From Candidatus Saccharimonadota bacterium (lineage in GTDB: Bacteria; Patescibacteriota; Microgenomatia; UBA1406; GWC2-37-13), in contig CP064967.1 of the NCBI GenBank assembly GCA_016699265.1, forward strand, positions 300,001-332,000: 32,000 bases of DNA, in the 5' to 3' direction. Positions within the stretch are counted from its first letter, which is position 1, and the number at the start of each line of letters is the position of its first letter. Below the pieces are notes generated by a model. The model saw only the letters and a list, made by a program, of their open reading frames with translations. It was not told the DNA's origin and did not search any database. Both the position numbers and the translations under genes were made by a program. Shown here piece by piece: positions 24,312-31,968 of this stretch.

Positions 24312-26450
24312 TTATAAGGTCACATTATCACCTGATTTTATTTCATTTTCAAGAATTTTTTTCGCTATAGTATCCTCGATAGCTGCGGATATAAGACGTT
24401 GAACATCTCTTGCTCCATATCTCTCGTCATAGTGATCCGTTACTATCTGCTTTAAGAAATCATCGGAGATATTAATATGTATATTATGTAGCTGAATGTA
24501 ATTGTTGATAATTTCGTCCGAAATTAAGCGCGCAATCGAAAGAATATTTATTGAGTCCAATGAATGAAATGGAACTATACCGTCGAAGCGGTTTATGAAT
24601 TCGGGTGAAAAAACATCATCAATTCGTTCTACATTCGTAGTCGCTATTATAATGAGATGTTTACAGTCGATTCTCCGTCCAGATCCATTCATATAGTACC
24701 CTTCATCAAAAATGGTTAAGAAAATATTGAGCAGATCGTGATGTGCCTTCTCGAGTTCGTCTAATAGTAGTGTCGCATAAGGGTGTTCTTGTACAGATTC
24801 GGTGAGTAAACCCTGAACTTTCCCATCAGACGTTCCAAGTAGTTGTGGAATGTCGGTAAGCGATTGATACAGTGACATATCAAATCGTAGTAGCTTTTCG
24901 GCCGAGTCATTTTCCTGAGCAAATAAAATCTTTGTAAGCGCTTTGGCGGTAGCGGTTTTTCCGGTACCGGTTGGTCCTACAAATAATAGAGTTGCAAGCG
25001 GTTTCTTCCGCTTCCCAAGCATTACAAATGCTCTTCTTAGTGCTGAAGCGAGTTGAGTCATTGCGGTGTTTTGATTGAGAATTTGTTTTTGGAGCAACTG
25101 CTCGAGGTCAAGAAGCTTTACTTTCATCGAATCGTCGATGTTGGTTGGGGCATGAGTTTCATGGGTGATAGCACGTTCTAATTGAGCTTTTAAAACCACC
25201 TTTTCGCCGAGCTCCTGGGCTATGATGCAGGCATCCTCAAGGAGGCGAAGAGCCTTTTCAGGGAATGGTAAATCGGAAACGTAGTACTCACTTTTCACTA
25301 CGCAATCGCTAATGGTCTGATATGGAATTACAACCTTGAATTTAGATTCTAATTTAAGAGCCTGTTGTGCGACTATCAAGTGCAGTTCATTTTGACTAGG
25401 TTCATTAACCTCAATTGCGGTGAATAGTTCGCTAAACTGCGTCAGCGGACGAATTGTCTGTTCATATTCATGCGGTTCTGTGGTTGCTATACAGTGAACA
25501 TTAGAACTTACCGCGAATTTTTCTATTGACGACAAGAGATTCGTAGATCCTTCAGATGTTGAAACATAGCGGTCAATATCATTTATGACAAGAATGATGT
25601 TTTTTGCTTTGTCTGATTCAGCAAGCAGTTCCTCAAAGAATTTCTGTCGTTGATCATGATCTGTATACTCTGCTAGAATTTTCTCTATGTCGAGTTCTAC
25701 AAATCGCCTGTAATTAAGTGTTTCTGTGAGCATGCCATTGTAGGAACTATGAGCGAGAGAATTAATAATCGTCTGTTTTCCCACCCCAGTTTCTCCGATT
25801 AGAATAACGTTCGCATTTTCGGTCTTTGATATTGTATTTGCTAGATTTTTCAACTCCTCTTCTCTGCCAATAATTACGGAATTGACATCATCCATTCCGA
25901 TATCCGTTCCATAATAGTTAAGGTGGTTCGTAAATCCCGATGACCAGTCATGCCCAAGAGGAGAAATAGTCATCAAGTTTTTAAGAGACCACCATTGTTT
26001 TTTGAGCAAATAATGATCGTAGTAAAAACTAAACCATTGCTCTACGTCTGGAGCGTTTGATTGGTTGGCGTGTTTTTTCATAAAGTCGTCATGAAATGAT
26101 TGTTTTAAAGTCTCCTCAGATGGCGGAATTAATGCTATGAGTTGTGTAAAAGGAAGAATGAGGAAAAAAAACAGCGTTGCAATGGGGAGAAAGAGCGCAT
26201 AAAGCAAAGTGGTAACCAAGTAAGCTATAAGAAGCGAACTTCTCAACACGAATCCGAGCGTACGAGATATGACATTAAAAATCTGGGTATCGTACCATGT
26301 TTTCATCGATGCATTCGGACCTTCATCTTCAACGACGTTTTTCCAAGGTTCGAAAAGTGATTTCAGGAGAAAGGAAACTGAGAAGAAATGACTAAGAAAT
26401 AAAAGGATATTGTAAGTTGCCAAAAAAAAGTGAGTAATTTTTTTCTTCAT
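24312..26450 (-). CDS. membrane-anchored Clp/Hsp100-like protein with two AAA+ modules
   Basis: About 110 N-terminal residues with hydrophobic helices. D1: GETGVGKQT / LVINDID. D2: GPTGTGKTATAKAL / LLLDELEKAHHDLLNIFLTIFDEGYY / IIATTN, typical of Clp D2. Confidence 0.8.
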   Translation of the reverse strand: MKKKITHFFLATYNILLFLSHFFSVSFLLKSLFEPWKNVVEDEGPNASMKTWYDTQIFNVISRTLGFVLRSSLLIAYLVTTLLYALFLPIATLFFFLILPFTQLIALIPPSEETLKQSFHDDFMKKHANQSNAPDVEQWFSFYYDHYLLKKQWWSLKNLMTISPLGHDWSSGFTNHLNYYGTDIGMDDVNSVIIGREEELKNLANTISKTENANVILIGETGVGKQTIINSLAHSSYNGMLTETLNYRRFVELDIEKILAEYTDHDQRQKFFEELLAESDKAKNIILVINDIDRYVSTSEGSTNLLSSIEKFAVSSNVHCIATTEPHEYEQTIRPLTQFSELFTAIEVNEPSQNELHLIVAQQALKLESKFKVVIPYQTISDCVVKSEYYVSDLPFPEKALRLLEDACIIAQELGEKVVLKAQLERAITHETHAPTNIDDSMKVKLLDLEQLLQKQILNQNTAMTQLASALRRAFVMLGKRKKPLATLLFVGPTGTGKTATAKALTKILFAQENDSAEKLLRFDMSLYQSLTDIPQLLGTSDGKVQGLLTESVQEHPYATLLLDELEKAHHDLLNIFLTIFDEGYYMNGSGRRIDCKHLIIIATTNVERIDDVFSPEFINRFDGIVPFHSLDSINILSIARLISDEIINNYIQLHNIHINISDDFLKQIVTDHYDERYGARDVQRLISAAIEDTIAKKILENEIKSGDNVTL

Positions 26451-26456
26451 ATTGTT

Positions 26457-26462
26457 ATTATA
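26457..26462 (-). promoter_or_regulatory. -10 box TATAAT, 6 nt before ATG at 26450
   Basis: Minus strand reads GTTATAAT-AACAAT-ATG. Confidence 0.5.
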
Positions 26463-26665
26463 ACTATCATTTTTTACTAAAAACAGCTTATTTTATAGAG
26501 CTATATAGCGGGCTAATTCAAAACTCTTTTACATTGCCTCTTGACAAATGAATTGTTATTAATCAATATGGTTTCTATACAAATAAAACTCATATTTATT
26601 TGAGCTTATTTTTTTATCAATTTTCACACATTTTTACACACCTAAAGAAACTGTGATCGGGACAA

Positions 26666-27721
26666 ATGAAAGCATCAGCCATTAACATCAATACTCTAAA
26701 CAAAACTCAAGCAATTCCCTTTACTCACCTCATTCCTGACATCTCTGCTAACAAGCATTTCTATAAGAACGGTTTGTCGAAGTTGATTCCCCGTCTTACG
26801 CTTAAGGTTCATTCCGACATGGAGACATGCTATTCGCTGTGGGATAAATTTTCACCGAAGGAGACCATTTTTGAGCAGTGGGATGTAAGATATTCTTTCT
26901 ATCAAGGTTTTGAGCATAAGCCACATTTTTATACCATTTATGAGGGTAAAAAAGCTTTGGGCGTGCTTCCTCTTTGGTACAACCAAGTAGACAGGCGGTT
27001 TGAGTTTTTTGGAGGATGGTGGGTAGAAGGAAACACATTTTTTGTAAATGATGAACATCTCGTAGATTTTTTTATGGCCACGATGCCAACTCCAATTAAG
27101 CTTTGGTCACTGCGCGATGATCAGCCTTTGGATAGGATAAAAATATTTGGAGATGTAGAACCAGATGTAGATCCTAATTTTTATAAAAATATCGATGGAC
27201 TAAGTTCTATCGAGTCGCTTCTCAAAGAGTATAAGAAAAAGGATCGTCATAGACTGAATGCGGACTGTCAGCGTATGAGAAATTACGGAGTACGATTGGA
27301 GATTGTGGATCGTAATAAGGTCGAACAACTTCAGCTACTTGAAACTCTTATAGAGATGAATAAAAAACGATTTAGGACAGAAGAAGTAAAGAGCGTTTTT
27401 GAAGAAGAGGAATACGTAAAAACTTTTCGTCAGCTGGTCAAGAACACAGGATCGTATGAGGTTAAATTTATAGTGGCGAAAATCCAAAATCATATTGCGG
27501 CGGTTGATATGGTGATTACCTGTAATGATACTTACTACCAATTTCTAGGAGTTTGTGATGCAAAACGATTCAATGGAATAGGTAATTTTATGGTCTATGA
27601 GGAACTTAAGGATGCAATTAATAATAGATTTAAGGTCGTTGATTGTTTACAGGAAGATCATTCATGGAAGCATCACTACTTCGATAAGGTTGAACGATTC
27701 ATCTTCACCAAACACGTATAG
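26666..27721 (+). CDS. GNAT-fold acetyltransferase, CelD/BioF2-like (Acetyltransf_6-type)
   Basis: C-terminal half (...AAVDMVITCNDTYYQFLGVCDAKRFNGIGNFMVYEELKDAI...DCLQEDHSWKHHY) resembles the FemAB/CelD-like GNAT layout. Assigned from memory of the family pattern. Confidence 0.55.
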   Translation: MKASAININTLNKTQAIPFTHLIPDISANKHFYKNGLSKLIPRLTLKVHSDMETCYSLWDKFSPKETIFEQWDVRYSFYQGFEHKPHFYTIYEGKKALGVLPLWYNQVDRRFEFFGGWWVEGNTFFVNDEHLVDFFMATMPTPIKLWSLRDDQPLDRIKIFGDVEPDVDPNFYKNIDGLSSIESLLKEYKKKDRHRLNADCQRMRNYGVRLEIVDRNKVEQLQLLETLIEMNKKRFRTEEVKSVFEEEEYVKTFRQLVKNTGSYEVKFIVAKIQNHIAAVDMVITCNDTYYQFLGVCDAKRFNGIGNFMVYEELKDAINNRFKVVDCLQEDHSWKHHYFDKVERFIFTKHV

Positions 27722-27735
27722 TTTCAAAGAAGAAT

Positions 27736-28476
27736 TCATGTTCGCCTTGCGATTATTGTATCGTCTCGTATTCCGTAGATATGCAGTCGGAATTTTTGGA
27801 AATGTATCGCAAGTCCAGAGTTCCTAATTATTTTTCTTAATTCTTCCAGTGGTGGGATCTCAATGTCGGTTCTAGTTATTGGTTCTGCTAGAGGATATCC
27901 AAAGAGATCGAAAAAAGAATCATCCGGTATCTCATTTGGGTAGCTGAGCAAAGCAGGTAGCATTTTACCTTCAAGGGCCGCTATCTCCTCCTCAAACATC
28001 TGAGAGTGTTTGGAATATTCATGAGTAATTAAAGAGTCTTTGTCTCCAGCTGAGTGCATGGACCCTTTACAAAACTGCGATTCACAGTGACAGGTATGTC
28101 TGCACGGATTACAGGTTGTTTCATTGGGTGGACCATAGTTATAGTTTACCGTCAGTTCCTCACCGTGAAAAATTTTTCGTAATGCAAAAAAAATTGCATG
28201 TCCTTCATAATCCTCAACGCCAACATTGTGAGTGCAACAATGATTGATGAGATGAATGCCCTCACCATCTTTTTGAGCTATCGCTGAGTGGGTCTTTGTG
28301 AGTTCCATGTAATAGGTACCCATGTGTTCGGTCTGAATTGCGTCTTTTGTTGGAATAATGGTGCCCAGATAGTCGCCAATGACGGTTCCTGCCGAAATAT
28401 CATGTTCAGCAAAGACTCCTCTACCCTTATGCTGGGTAGACTTTATAGAGTAGTAGGACTCTGGTATTAAAAACAT
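27736..28476 (-). CDS. SET-domain protein lysine methyltransferase with post-SET Cys cluster and ~100-aa C-terminal extension
   Basis: KGRGVFA, LINHCCTHN, GEELTVNYNY, then CNPCRHTCHCESQFCKG. Confidence 0.8.
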   Translation of the reverse strand: MFLIPESYYSIKSTQHKGRGVFAEHDISAGTVIGDYLGTIIPTKDAIQTEHMGTYYMELTKTHSAIAQKDGEGIHLINHCCTHNVGVEDYEGHAIFFALRKIFHGEELTVNYNYGPPNETTCNPCRHTCHCESQFCKGSMHSAGDKDSLITHEYSKHSQMFEEEIAALEGKMLPALLSYPNEIPDDSFFDLFGYPLAEPITRTDIEIPPLEELRKIIRNSGLAIHFQKFRLHIYGIRDDTIIARRT

Positions 28477-28482
28477 AATATT

Positions 28483-28905
28483 TTAAAATTTTTCTGCGAA
28501 ATCTTCATCATAGTGTGAGTAGTTTGATACGAGTTCCTCACCTTTTTTAATATCGCGGGTTGTGAGGAATGTTGTTCCCTCATCTATAGTTTCGACATTA
28601 TGATTATCGGAATGATTTATAAAACGTAATATATCCGTTGGGTTAAATCCGTACTCGGGAATCCAGACTTTATCATCATACTCGGCACAGTAGTCGTGAA
28701 TCATTTTCTTTACTTCATCGGGGAGATGTTCGAGTTCCCTTGTATTAAACTCAATATACTTCTCAACATGAGATGAATGAAAAGGATTTACCCCTTTGGG
28801 TATGTTTCGTATAGCAAAAAGACCTACACCATGTATATCGGAGCGTTGAACTCGCACGTACAGATCGTTTTGAAGATAATTTAACAGTGCTTGTTTTTTT
28901 ATCAT
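28483..28905 (-). CDS. minimal SET-domain methyltransferase (140 aa)
   Basis: HGVGLFA, RFINHSDNHN, GEELVSNYSHY. The ATG lies 3 nt after the 3' end of tRNA-Val. Confidence 0.8.
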   Translation of the reverse strand: MIKKQALLNYLQNDLYVRVQRSDIHGVGLFAIRNIPKGVNPFHSSHVEKYIEFNTRELEHLPDEVKKMIHDYCAEYDDKVWIPEYGFNPTDILRFINHSDNHNVETIDEGTTFLTTRDIKKGEELVSNYSHYDEDFAEKF

Positions 28906-28908
28906 TTT

Positions 28909-28984
28909 TGGTGGACGCTAAGGGACTCGAACCCCCAACCCTCGCGATGTAAACGCGATGCTCTAGCCATTGAGCTAAGCGTCC
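28909..28984 (-). tRNA. tRNA-Val (anticodon TAC), CCA encoded
   Basis: Hand-folded: acceptor GGACGCT/AGCGTCC, anticodon stem TCGCG/CGCGA, loop TTTACAT, T-loop TTCGAGT, 3' ACCA. Confidence 0.9.
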
Positions 28985-29009
28985 ATTGAGAAAACCGAGT
29001 TTGACTCGG

Positions 29010-29081
29010 TGGGCATGAATAGAATCGAACTATTGACCTTCGTCTTATCAGGACGACGCTCTACCACTGAGCCACATGCCC
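29010..29081 (-). tRNA. tRNA-Ile (anticodon GAT)
   Basis: Hand-folded: acceptor GGGCATG/CATGCCC, anticodon stem TCGTC/GACGA, loop CTGATAA, T-arm AATAG-TTCGATT-CTATT, discriminator A. Confidence 0.9.
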
Positions 29082-29096
29082 GCTAAAAGAATCCTT

Positions 29097-29105
29097 ATTA
29101 TATCA
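29097..29105 (-). promoter_or_regulatory. extended -10 TGaTATAAT upstream of tRNA-Ile
   Basis: Minus strand reads TTTGATATAAT, ending 15 nt before the tRNA-Ile 5' end. Confidence 0.5.
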
Positions 29106-29137
29106 AATTTTGATGTTTGATTTTTATTATTTGAGCT

Positions 29138-29143
29138 TATAAT
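29138..29143 (+). promoter_or_regulatory. -10 box TATAAT, 6 nt before ATG at 29150
   Basis: Plus strand reads GCTTATAAT-GGTCTT-ATG. Confidence 0.5.
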
Positions 29144-29149
29144 GGTCTT

Positions 29150-30355
29150 ATGCTCTATTTTTCAGAACTTCTTAATCGTAAAGTCGTTACAGAGGACAAC
29201 GTCTATGTAGGCAAGCTCGTTGATCTCATCTTTAAGTTGTCGGAAACGGCTGAAATCGCTAAGGCCGTAGTAAAGACAAAACTTGATCCCAAGACAATTG
29301 TTGACATTGCGGATGTTGTAAAGATCAATGGCTCTATAACGCTTAAAAAAAATTACCATGCCAAAGAGCTTGAGGAAAATGAACTCTATCTGAGTAAGAA
29401 CTTACTCGACTCACAGATCATTGATATCTCAGGAGACAAGATGGTTCGTGTAAATGACGTTGCGATTCAAAACCAACCATATCTTTATATAGCAGGCGTA
29501 GACATTGGACTCATAGGGTTTCTCAGATGGTTTGGTCTAGAGGATCTTGCGAATAAAATTTTTAATCAGTATGGAATAAAGCTGCGCTCGCAGTTTTTGT
29601 CGTGGGGAGATATCCAGACTCTTGAGCTGAGCCGTGGACATGTGAAGATTAAGACCGAGCAGCTTAAACTTCAAAAGATTAGACCAGAAGATTTGGCAGA
29701 CTATCTTGAGCAGACAAATATGGACAATATCGGCCACGTTCTTCGCACCTTTACACTCGAGCATGCAGGAGAAGTTCTAAATAATCTGAACCTAAACTAT
29801 CAAGTAGAGTTCTTTAAGCGTACGGAGTTGAAAGAAGCTGCTCGATTCATGAGCCACATGGAGCCGGAAGAGGCAGCGGACATTCTCGTTGCTTTACCTA
29901 AGAAGAAACACGAGGAAATGCTTGAACTATTGAATGAGCCAATTAGAAAACAAATTAAGCATCTTCTATCCATTTCCGTAAGTCCTGTCGGTGACATCGT
30001 ATCTACTGAGTTTTTGTCAGTTGACTCAAACTCTACTGCCAAGGAAGTAATTAAGTTAGTGAAGGATGTCGGGTCTGATTTTGGAGAGATTCTTTATGTC
30101 TATTTTTTAAACACAGAAAAGCAGCTAGTAGGAGTTTCGAGTCTAAGATCGGTTATTCTTCAGAATCCAGAATCGCCAGCATACAAATTTATGCGGCCTC
30201 AGATCGAGGTCGCATCTTTGTCTACCCCTGTGAGCGTTGTTTGGAGGAAACTCTTGAAGTATAAGTACTACGTATTACCAGTAGTTGATAAAAACCGTCA
30301 AATGATAGGTTTGGTTAAGCTAGACGATGTTAGTGAGCTAATTAATAAAATATGA
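29150..30355 (+). CDS. soluble MgtE-like regulatory protein: PRC-barrel + MgtE N-domain + CBS pair, no membrane domain
   Basis: N-terminus LLNRKVVTEDNVYVGKLVDLIF (PRC-like). PEDLADYLEQTNMDNIGHVL...EPEEAADILVALPKKKHEEMLELL (MgtE_N-like). Two CBS-like repeats at the C-terminus. No hydrophobic helices. Confidence 0.7.
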   Translation: MLYFSELLNRKVVTEDNVYVGKLVDLIFKLSETAEIAKAVVKTKLDPKTIVDIADVVKINGSITLKKNYHAKELEENELYLSKNLLDSQIIDISGDKMVRVNDVAIQNQPYLYIAGVDIGLIGFLRWFGLEDLANKIFNQYGIKLRSQFLSWGDIQTLELSRGHVKIKTEQLKLQKIRPEDLADYLEQTNMDNIGHVLRTFTLEHAGEVLNNLNLNYQVEFFKRTELKEAARFMSHMEPEEAADILVALPKKKHEEMLELLNEPIRKQIKHLLSISVSPVGDIVSTEFLSVDSNSTAKEVIKLVKDVGSDFGEILYVYFLNTEKQLVGVSSLRSVILQNPESPAYKFMRPQIEVASLSTPVSVVWRKLLKYKYYVLPVVDKNRQMIGLVKLDDVSELINKI

Positions 30356-31602
30356 AATCTTTTTTTTACAGATGGACTCGAAGATTTGGTATATTCTTTG
30401 TTGTTCTTGGTCCGGGGTTGATTACTGCAATTGCCGACAATGACGCGGGAGGAATCGCTACATATACAGTGACTGCCTCAATGTTCGGAATTGCTTCTCA
30501 GTTCTTAGTGATCCCCACTACATTCGTACTAGGGTTTACGCAGGAGATTGGAGCACGGATAGCCGTTGTAACTCGCAAAGGGCTTGCTGATCTAATTAGA
30601 GAGCAATATGGAATACGAATTGCTGCCGTTGTCTTTCTATTTTATTTTGTTGTTAATCAAGGGGTAGTGCTTCAGAATATCAGCGGCTTGAAAGCCTCAA
30701 TTCGACTACTAAATATTCCATGGCAGCTCCCTCTTATTCTAACCTGCACAGTACTAGTCACCACTGTTGTGCGGTTCAGCTATAAAAGCTTGCAGAGAAT
30801 ATTCCTCATACTAATATTTTTCTATCTTTCATATGTTGCGGTTGCTTGGTTGACAAAACCAGACTGGGTATCATTATTTCAAGAAACGGTTGTTCCAGAA
30901 AAAATTACATTAGGACTCAATTTTTGGTTCTCGATTATCGCTGTGCTTGGTACAACAATTACTGCATGGGGTCAGTTCTTTGTCTCTAGCTATATTAACG
31001 ATAAGAAGCTCTCTATTGAGCAAATGAAGTACGAGAAATATGAGATATATTTCGGAGCATTTTTAACGAATGTAATTTCATACCTTATTGCGGTTGCCGT
31101 GACGCAGACGCTTTTTAACAACCATATAGTCGTATCAAACGCAGCTTCAGCAGCGCTCGCACTTAAACCACTTGCTGGTGAAGGCGCTTTTATACTCTTC
31201 AGCGCAGGCTTGTTTGGTGCATCTCTACTCGGTTTAACGATTATTCCCCTAGCTACTGCATACGTTTTCGCTGAACTATTTGGATTTGAGGGAAGTCTTG
31301 ATACGGACTTTCGAAAAGGAAGATTATTTTATCTTTTCTTTATACTACAAATTGGAATCGCCCTTATTATTACACTTTTCCCACAGGTAAATCTATTTGA
31401 TATCACACTTTATGTAGATTTCTTGAATGGAGCCATGTTACCTCTTATATTCTTCTTCTTAGCTAAGTTTGGAAGTGATAAAGATCTTATGGGAAAGTAT
31501 GCTCTTTCACAGCCGATGAAAATAACATTGTATGTGGTTGGATTCTTCATTACCAGCGTTGTAGTACTGTCAACTTTTGGCAAGATATTTGGAATAAACT
31601 AA
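30352..31602 (+). CDS. NRAMP/SLC11-family transporter with non-canonical metal-site motifs
   Basis: GPGLITAIADNDAGGIATY on TM1 (DAGG in place of DPGN). GTTITAWGQFFVSS where the MPH-containing TM6 motif is expected. About 11 hydrophobic helices. ATGA overlap with the upstream gene. Confidence 0.8.
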   Translation: MKSFFYRWTRRFGIFFVVLGPGLITAIADNDAGGIATYTVTASMFGIASQFLVIPTTFVLGFTQEIGARIAVVTRKGLADLIREQYGIRIAAVVFLFYFVVNQGVVLQNISGLKASIRLLNIPWQLPLILTCTVLVTTVVRFSYKSLQRIFLILIFFYLSYVAVAWLTKPDWVSLFQETVVPEKITLGLNFWFSIIAVLGTTITAWGQFFVSSYINDKKLSIEQMKYEKYEIYFGAFLTNVISYLIAVAVTQTLFNNHIVVSNAASAALALKPLAGEGAFILFSAGLFGASLLGLTIIPLATAYVFAELFGFEGSLDTDFRKGRLFYLFFILQIGIALIITLFPQVNLFDITLYVDFLNGAMLPLIFFFLAKFGSDKDLMGKYALSQPMKITLYVVGFFITSVVVLSTFGKIFGIN

Positions 31603-31968
31603 ATGAGAAAGAAAATAACCAATGGATGGTTTTTTTCCACTCCTAATCACCTTCTCAAATTCCTTACGATATTCATAAAAGGAGATCAGGTCTTATTGTT
31701 TCCGCTCGTAGTTCTTATCACGATATCATATGCTTTTTCGTTGAGAATGGGCGTTTTGTTGACCGGTGCATATATGTTTGTGAGGTTTCTTGGAGAAATG
31801 TTCTACTGGATTATGCAACAATTTGGAGATAGAAAGTATAGGCCGAATGATTTTGGGTTTACCAATCTTGATAATCATGCTATCTATATTCTGTATCAAA
31901 CTTTCGCAATATTTGTTTCACTATGTGGAATTATGCTCTTGATCTACGGCCTCCTTTATCTAAGGTGA
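31603..31968 (+). CDS. hypothetical membrane protein (121 aa)
   Basis: ATG directly follows the NRAMP stop codon. Three or so hydrophobic segments. Confidence 0.45.
   Translation: MRKKITNGWFFSTPNHLLKFLTIFIKGDQVLLFPLVVLITISYAFSLRMGVLLTGAYMFVRFLGEMFYWIMQQFGDRKYRPNDFGFTNLDNHAIYILYQTFAIFVSLCGIMLLIYGLLYLR

Noticed and set aside
26597-26610. 14-nt exact repeat TTATTTGAGCTTAT, also at 29127-29140. Both copies lie upstream of plus-strand genes.
   Set aside because: A 14-mer match is expected by chance a few times in 32 kb of AT-rich sequence on two strands. The distances to the start codons differ (56 versus 10 nt).
617-28470. Numerous 60-120-aa track ORFs antisense to or nested in strong genes, e.g. 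617..958, 1028..1300, 1876..2067, 2798..3151, 3521..3820, 4299..4556, 7213..8536, 8597..8837, 11815..12033, 13905..14399, 15622..15873, 20406..21278, 21777..22023, 23787..24289, 26142..26360, 26802..27058, 27335..27541, 28288..28470.
   Set aside because: Each lies inside a longer ORF with clear family motifs, on the opposite strand or in another frame. None has promoter or start context. They are typical shadow ORFs.
26451-29149. SET/SET/GNAT block as a genomic island integrated at tRNA-Val.
   Set aside because: No integrase and no direct repeat of the tRNA-Val 3' end at 26451-26665 or 27722-27735. By eye the composition is similar to the flanks.
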